Shown: positions 1 to 10,670 of the stretch, piece by piece
Numbering within the stretch: position 1 is the stretch's first letter
How the letters are laid out: every line of letters begins with the position of its first letter
Assembly (NCBI GenBank): GCA_002269645.1
Contig: NIVC01004263.1
Coordinates: 1-52,534, forward strand
DNA length: 52,534 nt
Source of the DNA: Macrostomum lignano
Taxonomy: Eukaryota
Direction: 5' to 3'
Notes under the pieces: model-generated
Seen by the model: the letters and a program-made list of their open reading frames with translations, nothing else
What the model was told of the DNA's origin: nothing
Database searches by the model: none
Made by a program: the position numbers and the translations under genes

Positions 1-3000
1 GTTGTTAATATTTAATGGTAACTAAAGAGGCGGAAAAAGCTTCACCTTAAAATAGTTAAAAAATACTAAGCTCTTTGATATATTTTCTGCTAAGCATTTT
101 AATAATAGTATTTTGGATTTTATAACTACGAGTAATTCTTACCGCATGTTTTCGTCATTTAGTAGTCGCAAAAAGTGCGAATAAAAACTCATTTATTCTT
201 TGATGGCACATAAAACGGTTGACTGTCTTTTCTTTTTTCTTATGAAGATCATCTACCATTAGTTCTAATGCATAGCCGAATTCCTCCCTATCAGTTTTTA
301 GCAGTTGTTCGAAATAGTCATCGATCATCCAGTTAACATCTGCTGCCGTTCCAGTTGAGTGTGACATTGTAGATCTTGCTCCAGTCGGTCGGCAGAGTGT
401 AAGCAATTATCACATTACATTTTAAGGTCTTTCAGGGAATGGAAGCCTATATTGGGATACTTGTGCATGCTAAATTAAGTCAGAAAAACGATGTACAAGA
501 TGAACTGCTCAAATAAAAAATAATAATTTTGGTGGCGAATCAAATTTGTTCGATGCCTCAGTGTCTACCAGTCTAGAATTTTTAACATAATTGAAATCTG
601 TTAAATTAAATTGCATATTGAATATTTAAATTTCAAGCATCAGAAATTTTACTTATGTATAGCTTAAAAACTTTTATAGTACACATTTTGTTGTAACACG
701 TAAAAATCTCGATATTCTTTGCACGTGCGTTCCCGTCGCTCGCTACGGTCACGAAGTCCATTCATTACTTTAGACTAGGTCTAGTACTGATACTTAGTAC
801 TCGTTTTCTTCAGTTCAAGAAACTTCAATGTTCATCCGCTATGTGTGTAACTGCTAACAGCCTCACGTCAGTAGCAAAATTGTACTCTTAACGACTTAAT
901 TTATCATTTTAATTTTTTGTTTGAGACAGAAACTTTAACTTTAAACTTAAAATCAAGTCAAATAATTGAATGGTAATCATATTTATTATGTAGTATTAGG
1001 TTATTCTCGTTATTTTTTTCTGGGACATTTTGGGTTATAATTTATTTAGTTTTAATTTAAACTAGCATTGCTAATAGCAAAAAAATTATTGAAACAGTCA
1101 AATTCATGAAGTTAGTTTGTATTTTACTCAGTTTTAACACTTGGTCAACAAGGAATAGGCATAGGCGTAGGGCCTATAGCCTGCAAATTATATGGCTGTA
1201 TATAAAATTTCTTGCTACCTATATTAGCTATATATTTTTGAGCTTGGTGAATGGTGAAAGTGGAAAGACTAGATAGGCCTAGGCCCTATTAGTAAAAGTA
1301 ATGGAGCCTAATAAATTGCTTGAATATACAAGGCCTAACTATTTAGAATTCTAGCTAAGGCTAGCTATGCGGCTATGCCTAGACCTATGAATTTTAATAT
1401 GATAATATATACTAGACCTATGCATATAGGCCTAATATAAATATAATTAGTATATATATAATTTATAATGTATAAATAAAAACTAGTTCATCAATGCCTA
1501 TTCTATTTATTATATACAATAAGCATTCAACCTAGCCTTAGGCCTAATGGCTAAGAAGTTTTATTCCAAAAATTTAATTTTATTTATAATATAAAGTTCA
1601 ATGACTATTTATAAGAATTCTAACAATTATTAGGGGTTCCAGTGAGGTTTTGAAACATTTTTTATTCTTGGATATTTTTGGGCAGCTAAGTAGATCTCTG
1701 CAACCAAAATCCAAAATGGCCTCACTTGTTAATTTCTGTCAAGGAATAAAAAAGTTATAGCATTTTTAGTTGTAGAAAATTTTGTAATTCCTTATGGCAT
1801 TTTTGCATTACGGCCTGTGACCTTTTTTTGCGCAAAAAGTACAATTTGCTATCCATATGGTTCAGGCTGAGAGCCTCCCTGCCCTTTCGCAGGGGCAGTC
1901 TAGGGCAAAATTCTTCACCTTGAAACCACCGACTTGATCCACTCAATGGAAGAAGCCAAAGAGCAAATCATTGTTAATGGAATATCGATTCCAATGCAAA
2001 AACGAAAAAAAATCTGCAAATTTACCATTTATCTACTACAAGTAGACGCGCATTTTTTGGCAGGTTAACTTAAATATTGACCTTGCGGCAAACTTTCATG
2101 CAATGGGACTTATACCATGTCATTCAGCATGGAAATCTGCATATTAAACATGTTTAATTTCCTTGTCTCCGCATCTGTGAAGACAGACATCAACTTTATT
2201 GTTTTCTTAATGGCAGTTTACATGTATAAAGGAACATAGGCTCAGCTGCCTTGCGGCAAGTCATTCAAGATGCCTCTTTTTGGCAAAATGGAGCAAAGGT
2301 TACCCGCATATCAAATTGAATTGTTTAAAATGCGGCCTTTCATGACGACACAAAGAAAAACGTGTTGAAAATTTTCAACTGACAGTAAAGGGGCCTTAGA
2401 AATTTTTTTTTCATTTTTTTTATTGCAAAATTTGTGCTTTACTATATCCTTTATTCATTCCTTTCATTTAATTTGTTATTCCTAGCACGCTTTAAGGTGA
2501 TATTTCAATTGGCCGTATGAACCCTCATTTTACGATTGGCTTCATTTCGTATTTGTGACGCTTTTTGTGGTAACTTTCGACACGTATAACTTTTTTCTTA
2601 TGTCATACTATAAGAAGGTTCAACACATTTTGGAAAGTATAATTTGTCTAGTTTCTGTTGTATATTTCAGTTTGTCTTTATTTCGTAATTTAGTACCTTT
2701 TTTCTTCATTCTACGTAGGACACATTTTCACGTTTTTCGTGTTTTGGGACATATTTCACAAACCTCATCGGAACCCCTACAATTATATGATGTTGAACCA
2801 TTAGGACCTAATTTTAAAATCTTATGAATTACTTTAAACTTAAGAGGTTACTTAAGTATGTTTTATATAATGCTTATATATAATTATTTTAAGGCTTATA
2901 AGTAATTAGACTTCAAGTCCTAAATAAAGTTGCTATTGTAGACTTGTAGTTAAAGGTTAAATTATGCTAAACAATTATAATACTAAATAGGTCTATGTCT

Positions 3001-3779
3001 AAATAAATGCAAAATGTATTACTAATTTTAAGTTTTTCTCTCTTGTCTTGTTTAGGCTAGCAATTATTTGTGTCCTTATCATATAAAGATAGAATTAATA
3101 ACTGAAGGAAATCAAAATTTTAATCCATTTCTAATACATCTTTGCATCAAGAAAAAAATAAACTCTTGAGCTAAGATAGACATTTATCATTTATTAAAAT
3201 ATGTCCCCTTCTTATTAAGGTGTATTGCGCATGGCTAACAATCATATTTATACAACTTTCTAAGATGACACATTTTCTAATTAAATATAAGCATATAATG
3301 CTACCACCTTTGATGACTATCCATTCTGCAGGGAGGAGAATATATGACCATAGGGGGGGGGGGCAATGACTGTAGGCTGCCTATGATTAGGCAATGACCT
3401 GATGGACCTCTAGTACTAGACTATCCTACCCACATGTTTGATAGCTTTGGTAATGCTTTTGTGACCAGAAGGCCAAGGATCCACATGGATCCCACTTGTA
3501 GCCAAGATGCAAATATTTGTCACTTAGCCATAGCATGACCAAATGGCTGCCACCACTCTATATGACCTAGTGTACCTGGATCTAACGACTAGACCTTTTG
3601 AGGCTAGAGCCTTGCCTGGTTTTGGTTACCAGGGGATTTAGGCTAACAGGGGAGACGCATGCAGCCGAGTACAGGGACTCTGCTTGGGGCATATTTGGGA
3701 ACTCTAGGATCAATCTAGAAGATTTCTCAGCAGGGAGTCCTTTGTAGTTATGAATGAGATGGACTCGCAGCTTCAATCA

Positions 3780-5990
3780 CTAAGAGTAGTGTGAGGTGAG
3801 CATGTACTAGCTATAGTTTAGCTTGCTCAAGGCAAAGGGATGCGTAAGCAGGGTGTTGCAACCTTCCTGCTGCCATTCTGTGCCAAGATCCACTAATTCC
3901 CTCTACTACACGCACAAACAGATTCACAGCGTACACACAGGCAGGTTTTGCACAGGGAGACGCCATTAGCTTACCCAAACTTCCTTATGCTTTGCCACCC
4001 AGGGAGAAAGGCTCAGCAAGCCATGAGTGAAATGATGGTGAAGGTGTAAAAAATGAGGTAGTTAGTATTCCTTAGTAATTAGACCCTTAGGCGAAATTAA
4101 CAGGCAATTAGGTGGATTCACTATTGAGTAAAATACAGCAGGATACAATGGTACACAATTGGCTCAGTTCTCTAATCAAGCAATGGGAAATAAGCAAACC
4201 CCGGATAAGCAAATGCAATTAGAGCACAAATCAGTACAGGAACTCACCGGCAGCTGCGCAGAGAGAGAGAGAGAGAGAGTGATAGAGTGACCAAGGGCGG
4301 CTGTAGCCTCATGCTTGGGCGCAACCTAGGGATTCACCCAGCCATTTCTATTGGCAACACACACATGTAAGTCGCTATTGGACGGAATAGTAGTCACCGG
4401 ACTGCTCTCAGCCAATAGCGACTTACATGTGTGTGTTGCCAATAGAAACGGCTGGGTAATTCCCAAGGTTGCGCATGTATGTGTAGCCTGCGGACAGGCA
4501 GATAGTGAAGCAGCGATGCGCTGAAGCGACGAGGCACTGATGAAGCTCAGGTGATGCTGAGGATGCTAGGCGGTATCAGACTGCGGGCCGGCAGATGAGC
4601 TCGCTTGGGGAGCTGGGGAAACTTGGCGGTATTGGACCGCGGACTCGGACTGGTAGAGGTTCGTCTTATAGACAAGGTAAGTCCAAAGGTAGGATGAGAA
4701 GCCAAAGTGGGCGAAGGTATTGGAGAAGACCCAAGGCCAAAAGTTGAAGGTTCTCACGCCGAAAATCACTTCCTTAAATAGTCATCACGGTCGCCGCTCC
4801 AAGGTTGTTTCCATGACTCACTCTCTCTGATTGGCCGCCGGGAAAATGACGTCAGAATGAGTCATGATGTGAAATATGAGAACGGCATAGCAACATGAGA
4901 AATGGGAAAATCGTGCAATCCAGAGGGGGGTTGGTGGGAAAATGAGCACAGCGGGGGGTCGAAAAACTGCTGCGCAAACAAACATTGAGAACGATGGGGT
5001 CCAGATCGAGAACAAAGGAAATGGAAATCAGGGATAATTGGGGAGAATCGAAAGCAATCGAAAAGCAAACATTGAGAAAAATGTGCTAATTAGGTGCGAA
5101 AAAAAGAACAAAAAAATGAGAAAATCTGGGAAAATGTGATAATTAGTTGCAAAAAGGGAACAAAGGATCAAAAACGAAAACAAATAGAAGCGGAAGGAGG
5201 GGTGGGTGTTACATAAGAAATCTTGGGAAGAGAACAATAGCATGAGAAAGGTTGCGCAAGAGGAGGGTGATGAGTCATCAGGGTAAGGGAGACGTCAGGA
5301 GCCTTGCGTCACCATTTTGGGATCCTAAAGGGAGATGGGGTGACGATGAGCACAAGCGATACTCTAAGTAGGCATGGCATGAGGAGGGAACAGCGCAAGA
5401 AAACCGTGTTACAACATGATAAACAGATGGGAAACATGAAAAACACATGATAAATGGGGTGGGGCCCGTGAGAAATGGGGAGGCAGTTGAGGTGCACAAA
5501 AAAGGCTCCGGAAAGGCAAGTGTGGCTGAGTGGGAGATGGAGCAGAGGCAGCAGGGGTCGGAACAGAGTGGGAGTCAGTTCGCAGTCAGACAGCACTGCC
5601 CAATGGGTCAAAGGGGATCGGGGACATTTTGAAAAATTCCCCACATGATCCCGCGACCAAAACGTGGTTATCTCATGAGATAGGTAGGTTACACAGGGCA
5701 AGGTTAGTTTGCTTAGGCTTGATTATTTTGCCCAAATTGTGTTAGAGAGGTCTGACCTCGAGTATTTTCTTGCATTTGTCAAGCCCCACCTGCACCTCTT
5801 ACTCGACATGCCCTGCAGGGTTGATTGCCAGAGTTGGGCATGCCCAATGCTCTCCCTGTTGTTAGTCTCCAGCCCAGACACGTGCTGCACTTGTTTTGAT
5901 TTATTGTTACAGGTTGTACTTTATCTAAAATGGTCTAGTGGATGCTTTGGTTTTCTTTGGATGACCTTCTTTCAGATTTCTAACGCTTAT
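3780..5990 (-). mobile_element. Probable LTR-like remnant (boundaries uncertain)
   Basis: Non-coding, with promoter-like motifs (TGACGTCA 4847, TGA(G/C)TCA 4814/4858), a minus-strand donor cg|gtgagt near 4245 and a TGGTGGCAGC PBS-like motif on minus at ~3545-3554. Confidence 0.35.
4319..4474. repeat. 156-bp palindrome (63-bp arms, 30-nt loop)
   Basis: Arms 4319-4381 and 4412-4474 are reverse complements with 4 mismatches; the inner 37 bp are perfect. Confidence 0.92.
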
Positions 5991-6001
5991 AATGGATAAA
6001 T

Positions 6002-6096
6002 AATCAGCGGTCCCAGTGCGTGACAACGATTGTCTGGGGAGCGCCGGTAGGCGCGAGCCATAGACAAATCGTTGTCACGTGCTGCGACCGCTGATT
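6002..6096. repeat. 95-bp hairpin upstream of the kinase gene
   Basis: ~34-bp imperfect inverted arms aatcagcggtc...gattgtct / agacaaatc...gaccgctgatt. Confidence 0.8.
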
Positions 6097-6620
6097 CTTT
6101 GCATTGTTTTTCTGTTTGACGATCCTACAGACAATGCATTGTTTGTAGTAATGGATTGTTCTGCATTAAAAATGTGAATAATGATCGTCAAATTGCTAAA
6201 CAATGACTAGATAAAACTCCTTAGCACTGGTGCCTTAGCACTGGTATAAATGGGAAATATATACCATAGATTTCTAACGTTAATCGTGACTTTAGAATTT
6301 CCCTCGCGTACAAGCTTCAGCCAGTAAGAACTTAGGGGGGGGGAACTATTATTAAATTCCAGCAGCCAATAAAATTCATGGGGGGGAATAGCCCAATTTT
6401 TAGGATGTTTTAGCCATAGACTCGCTTTCAGATGAACCATCCTTTCTATTCCTTCATCCATGGTTTAATCCTTGGAGCACTCATTTAATGTCACAAATGG
6501 GGCATTGGGACCTCTCATTACTGGCTATTACAGCTGCCCCTGTCAACCTTGCAGACTACACCCTGTCAACCTGCATCAATTTAAAGTATCGTTCAGCCCT
6601 GCTCTGTCTTCTCACTAATA

Positions 6621-7154
6621 ATGTTAGCATCTAGCAGCGATGCAGACTTGCCGCCCCTCGCAGCAGCTGGGCCTCATCAATTGCCATCAATAAGCGATTT
6701 TGAAATAGTCAAACACGTATCTAGCGGTGCTTTTGGAGACGTGTTCCTGGCGAAGCGCCGAACTGGACAAGAAAATGATCAGTCGCAGCTGTTTGCAGTG
6801 AAACGCGTATCAAAAAAGACCCTAGTTACTAAGAATCTAATTGATCAGATCCAATGCGAACGAGCCGCTCTAGCTATTAGTCGCTGCCGTCACGTTGTGC
6901 ACCTGTATTACTCGTTGCAAACTGACACGCACGTTTATCTGGTGATGGAGTATCTGTGCGGCGGCGACCTCAGATCCATGTTGCTGGCTGTTGGCTGCCT
7001 CAGCCAAGAAGCTGCTGTTGTGTACACGGCCGAGGTGGCCACGGCGCTGGAGTATCTGCACAGTCACGGCATTATTCATCGGGATATTAAACCGGACAAT
7101 ATGCTTGTATCGGCTAATGGCCACATCAAGCTGACTGATTTTGGATTAAGTCAG
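6621..7154 (+). CDS. MASTL: Greatwall/MASTL Ser/Thr kinase, exon 1 (N-lobe through DFG)
   Basis: Translation ...[12 protein letters not shown]...FAVK...VHLYYSLQT...[11 protein letters not shown]...[14 protein letters not shown]...[11 protein letters not shown] follows the Greatwall N-terminal kinase half. GT donor at 7155, phase 0. Confidence 0.92.
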
Positions 7155-7332
7155 GTATATATACGAGCGTTAAGTCAGGTATATATAGATGCCGAAATTG
7201 AATGCAGATTATGGCGACATCTTTTGTACAATTCGCGTTCAATAGAGCCAAACCCCCAAGCTCCGGATTGTGTCTGTCTGTCTGAAGATGAAAAGTTCAG
7301 GGCCGCTAAACACCCTGTGTGAATGCTATAAA

Positions 7333-7472
7333 GGGTTTCACAAACTCAAAACTTCACAACGTCGAAAACTCCATAGCAAGGGACAATCATTATAGCAATC
7401 ATTCGTACCTTCATAGGCTGCTACATTCGAGTTTTCGACATTGTGAAATTTCGAGCTTGTGAAAGCACCCAA
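7333..7472. mobile_element. Small inverted-repeat element (MITE-like)
   Basis: ~40-bp imperfect inverted arms (gggtttcacaaactc...gtcgaaaactc / gagttttcgac...gtgaaagcaccc). Related sequence at ~44965-45075. Confidence 0.6.
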
Positions 7473-7729
7473 ACGCTATTCCCGTCTGCGTGCTCAGAAG
7501 AAATTTGTTGATTGCTTAGTAGAGAACCCTAAGGATTACCTTATTGCTATTGATGTTCCGTAGACCATACTGAAGATCAAAAAAGTTATTGTGACAAGAA
7601 GCGGTAAAGAGTCATTGCAAACAACTCACACATGTGACTCTAGCGACTCTGGGGGTGACTCTTGTGACTTTTTATCGACTCAAACGACTGTAATGCGACT
7701 GAGAGTTGCAGAATCGTAAGAGTCGCGAA

Positions 7730-8093
7730 CAGGCGCGTCGCCACCGGGGGGACGGGAGACATGTCCCACCCAGTAAAAGCTATGTGGGGACAGCCAGTGC
7801 TTTGTCCCCCCACCCCACCCCACCTTGTGACTCGTTGTGGTAATCAATAATTTTTCTTCAGGGTGCCAAAATATAGCGCCTACGGCACTAAAATGAATGC
7901 CTGCGGCGCCAAAATGAGTACCTGCGGCGCTAAAATGAGTACCTGCGGCGCCAAAATGAGTGCCTGTGGCGCCAAAATGAGGGCTGACAACACGATTCTC
8001 ACAAAATAATGGAAATGTAGGAAATTAGTCGTGTAAATGTTGAATTCTTGGCTTCCCCCCCCTCCCACCATAAAATCCATGGCGACGCCCCTG
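7730..8093. mobile_element. hAT-like MITE in kinase intron 1
   Basis: TIRs CAGGCGCGTCGCCA / TGGCGACGCCCCTG. 8-bp TSD GTCGCGAA at 7722-7729 and 8094-8101. Carries about 5 copies of a 21-bp repeat. Confidence 0.85.
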
Positions 8094-8508
8094 GTCGCGA
8101 AAACGTCGTCTAAGAGTCGTGCTAGCGCTTAACTTTCTACTAACTCAAGTAGACTGAATGGTATTGTTATCAATGCAAAATGCGATTCTAATTCATAAGG
8201 TTACACAGAAGCGCTTAGACGCAACTCAGTGATTGTACAGCCTCTGGCACGCCTCAGATACGTTATAATAACCCCCCCCCCCGCCTAGAGTCACTTGCGA
8301 GTCGTAGAGCCGCAGACATTAAAACGCCTCAAAGTCATGACATGTCGTTTCAGAGTCATCAAGAGTCATTTTTTATTTTCCTGTTACCTGCAACGACACA
8401 ACTGACTGTAGGACGCTTCTTGGCCTGGCCACCGTTTACATAGAGGTGACCCGAGACGATAAAATATCTTAGCAAACTTCTAAAACCCCACCAACCCGCC
8501 TTGTCCAG

Positions 8509-9178
8509 GTCAGCGTGAGGCGCGTCACCCAGCAGCAGCTCATGTTCGGCAACAGCACTCCCGGAGGCTACCAGGCCAGCGCTGAGAAGCGCTATCCTAG
8601 AACGCCTCGTCAGCTGATGTCCTTGGCGGCAGACTTCTCATTCGGTTCAGCTGGCGGCGGTGGCGGCGGCTGTGTTGTCGGCAGCGGCAGCTGTAGTCGC
8701 TTAGCTCGTCGCCGACGTCAGGCTAGGTATCTGGCATCCGCGGCGACGGCGTCAGCAACAGAGGATCCGTTGGGCACCCCAGCCGCCGGTTCGCCATCCT
8801 GTTTTCCTCCGTCAACTTTGCCGCCGCCTCTACCAGCTCCCTGTTTCGATGAATCGCCTTTGCCGCAGGAGGATGGCGAACAGGGCAATAAATCCGGTAG
8901 TAAGAAGTCGCCGTTAGAACTTTTTATCGAGTCGAATAATCGGATTGGAAAGGACAATTCGAAAAATTCTTTAGAAGTCACGCCGGAAGTCAGCATTGAA
9001 GAGGCTTTGACCGCTGCTTCAGGTTCAGAGGAGGTGTCGGCTACGGCGGCGGCGGTGACAGATCACGTGACCCGGGTCAGATTCAAGTCGGGCCCGGTGG
9101 CCTCAACCAGCGCCGCTTCTCCTCCGCTGTCTGCCGACGAGTTACATTGCGATCCTCTGTCAAGTCAGCTGTCTTCTG
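8509..9178 (+). CDS. MASTL: Greatwall/MASTL exon 2 (non-conserved middle insert)
   Basis: Acceptor ttgtccag|G, in frame with exon 1. VSVRR...YPRTPRQLMSLAADFSF resembles the Greatwall RTPGQ(V/L)LSL motif. Donor G|gtgagt at 9179, phase 1. Confidence 0.82.
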
Positions 9179-9261
9179 GTGAGTGTCGCTCGTGTCTTTT
9201 ATTGTTTCTTGCGCCTCTGTTGAAATAAGGGCAATAATAGCTAGATAATATAACATCCTGC

Positions 9262-9610
9262 CTAGCAACTGGGGGTCTGGGAGGCTGGTGGCCCAGCAAC
9301 TGAGGATCAGGGAGGCTGGCCCAGCAAATGGGGATCTGCATGGGAAACTGGTCCAGCAACTGACGATTTAGGAGGGTGGCCCAGCAACTGAGGATCAGGA
9401 AGGGTGGCAGCCCAGCAACTGAGGATCAGGGAGGAGGCTGGCCCAGCAAATGGGAATCTGAGAGGGTGGCAGCCCAGCAACTGAGGATCTGGGAGGGTGG
9501 CAGCCCAGCAACTGAGGATCTGGGAGGCTGGTGGCCTAGCAACTGGGGATCTGAAAGACTGGCCCAGCAACTGAGGATCTGGGAGGGTGGCAGCCCAGCA
9601 AGCGGGGGTC
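9262..9610. repeat. ~33-36-bp intronic minisatellite (GGCCCAGCAACTGAGGATCTGGGAG core)
   Basis: About ten degenerate tandem units in kinase intron 2. Confidence 0.85.
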
Positions 9611-9709
9611 TGTGAGGCTGGACAAGCTATAACACACAAGCCAGTCTAGGGATGCAGCTGTCAGTAAAATCCCAGTTTTCTAATGCACATAAATTCGTGC
9701 GGTTTTCAG

Positions 9710-10196
9710 GTCAATCGGTGCAGCAGCAGTATCAGCGCCTGCTAGGCACGCCAGACTACCTGGCACCCGAGCTAGTCCAGGGCCTGCCGCACGGCACACC
9801 TGTTGATTACTGGGCTCTAGGCGTTTGTCTATTCGAGTTTCTCACCGGTTGTCCTCCGTTTGCCGGAGATTCGCCCGAACAGGTGATGGAGAACATTGTT
9901 AATAGGCAGATCCCCTGGCCGGAAGCTGGATCTAGAATTGATGGAGAAGAGGACGAGCTGTCCGAGCCGGAGTTATCAGCCGAGGCGGTCTCAGCCATAG
10001 ACGGTCTGCTGTCGTACGAGCCGGCTAGCAGGCTGGATATTAACGACCTGCGGCGGCATCCGCTATTTGGCGGCATCTCCTGGAGCGATTGCACAGCTCC
10101 GAGGCGCCGTTTGTGCCGGATTTGGGCGGCGACTGTCAGGACACCAGCTACTTTGAGCTGGCTAATCGAGTGAGACGTACAGGCCCGGTTGAGTAG
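9710..10196 (+). CDS. MASTL: Greatwall/MASTL exon 3 (C-lobe and AGC tail); apparent 1-bp deletion at ~10090
   Basis: Acceptor ttttcag|G in phase 1. LLGTPDYLAPE...VDYWALGVCLFEFLTGCPPF...IPWPE...HPLF. The tail APFVPD...DTSYFE lies in a shifted frame ending at TAG 10194-10196. Confidence 0.88.
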
Positions 10197-10321
10197 TCTT
10201 ATTTTATTGACTTTGGACTGCGTCTTCTTCTGTAAACTATGTCTATGATTTTTTTAGACCAAAGGTTTGCAAACTGTCTACCCCAAGGGCCAGATGGACA
10301 GTCTAGCGGATGATTGCGGCC

Positions 10322-10670
10322 CAGAGGAAGGGAGAGAGTAGAGAGTATGGAGAAGAGAATACAGGAGGGAGAATAGAAGGGACAAGACGAGGGAGAGAAG
10401 AGAGCGAAGAGGAGACAGGAGAGGAGAGGAGAGAGGGGGAAGGATGAAGAGAGAGATGCGGGTGGAGAGGAGAGAAAGGAGAGAAAAGACGGGAGAGGAG
10501 AGAATGGAGAGAAGAGAAGGGAGAGGGGAGTGGAGAGAAGGGAGAGGAGAGAAGAGAGGGGAAGGGAGAGAAAGGAGAGAAGAGAAAGGGAAGAAAAGGG
10601 AGATGAGAGAAGGGAGGGAAGGGAGAGAATAGAAGGTAGGGGAGATTAGATAGAAGGGAGCTGAGAGGAG
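10322..10670. repeat. Polypurine (GA-rich) low-complexity tract
   Basis: Almost exclusively G/A for ~350 bp. Confidence 0.9.

Noticed and set aside
155-2400. Decayed transposase (e.g. KDZ-like CRHERP motif on minus at ~2340-2365)
   Set aside because: Only short, stop-riddled resemblances; not supportable without a profile search.
4530-4560. Hammerhead ribozyme at CTGATGA motifs (here and at ~40031, ~50083 minus)
   Set aside because: No correctly placed GAAA core or flanking stems found by eye.
7155-7322. C-terminal part of the 233-aa ORF as real protein
   Set aside because: Kinase similarity ends at DFGLSQ, where a GT donor begins; the rest is intron read-through.
10444-10632. Arg/Glu/Gly-rich ORF
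   Set aside because: Translation of a polypurine tract.
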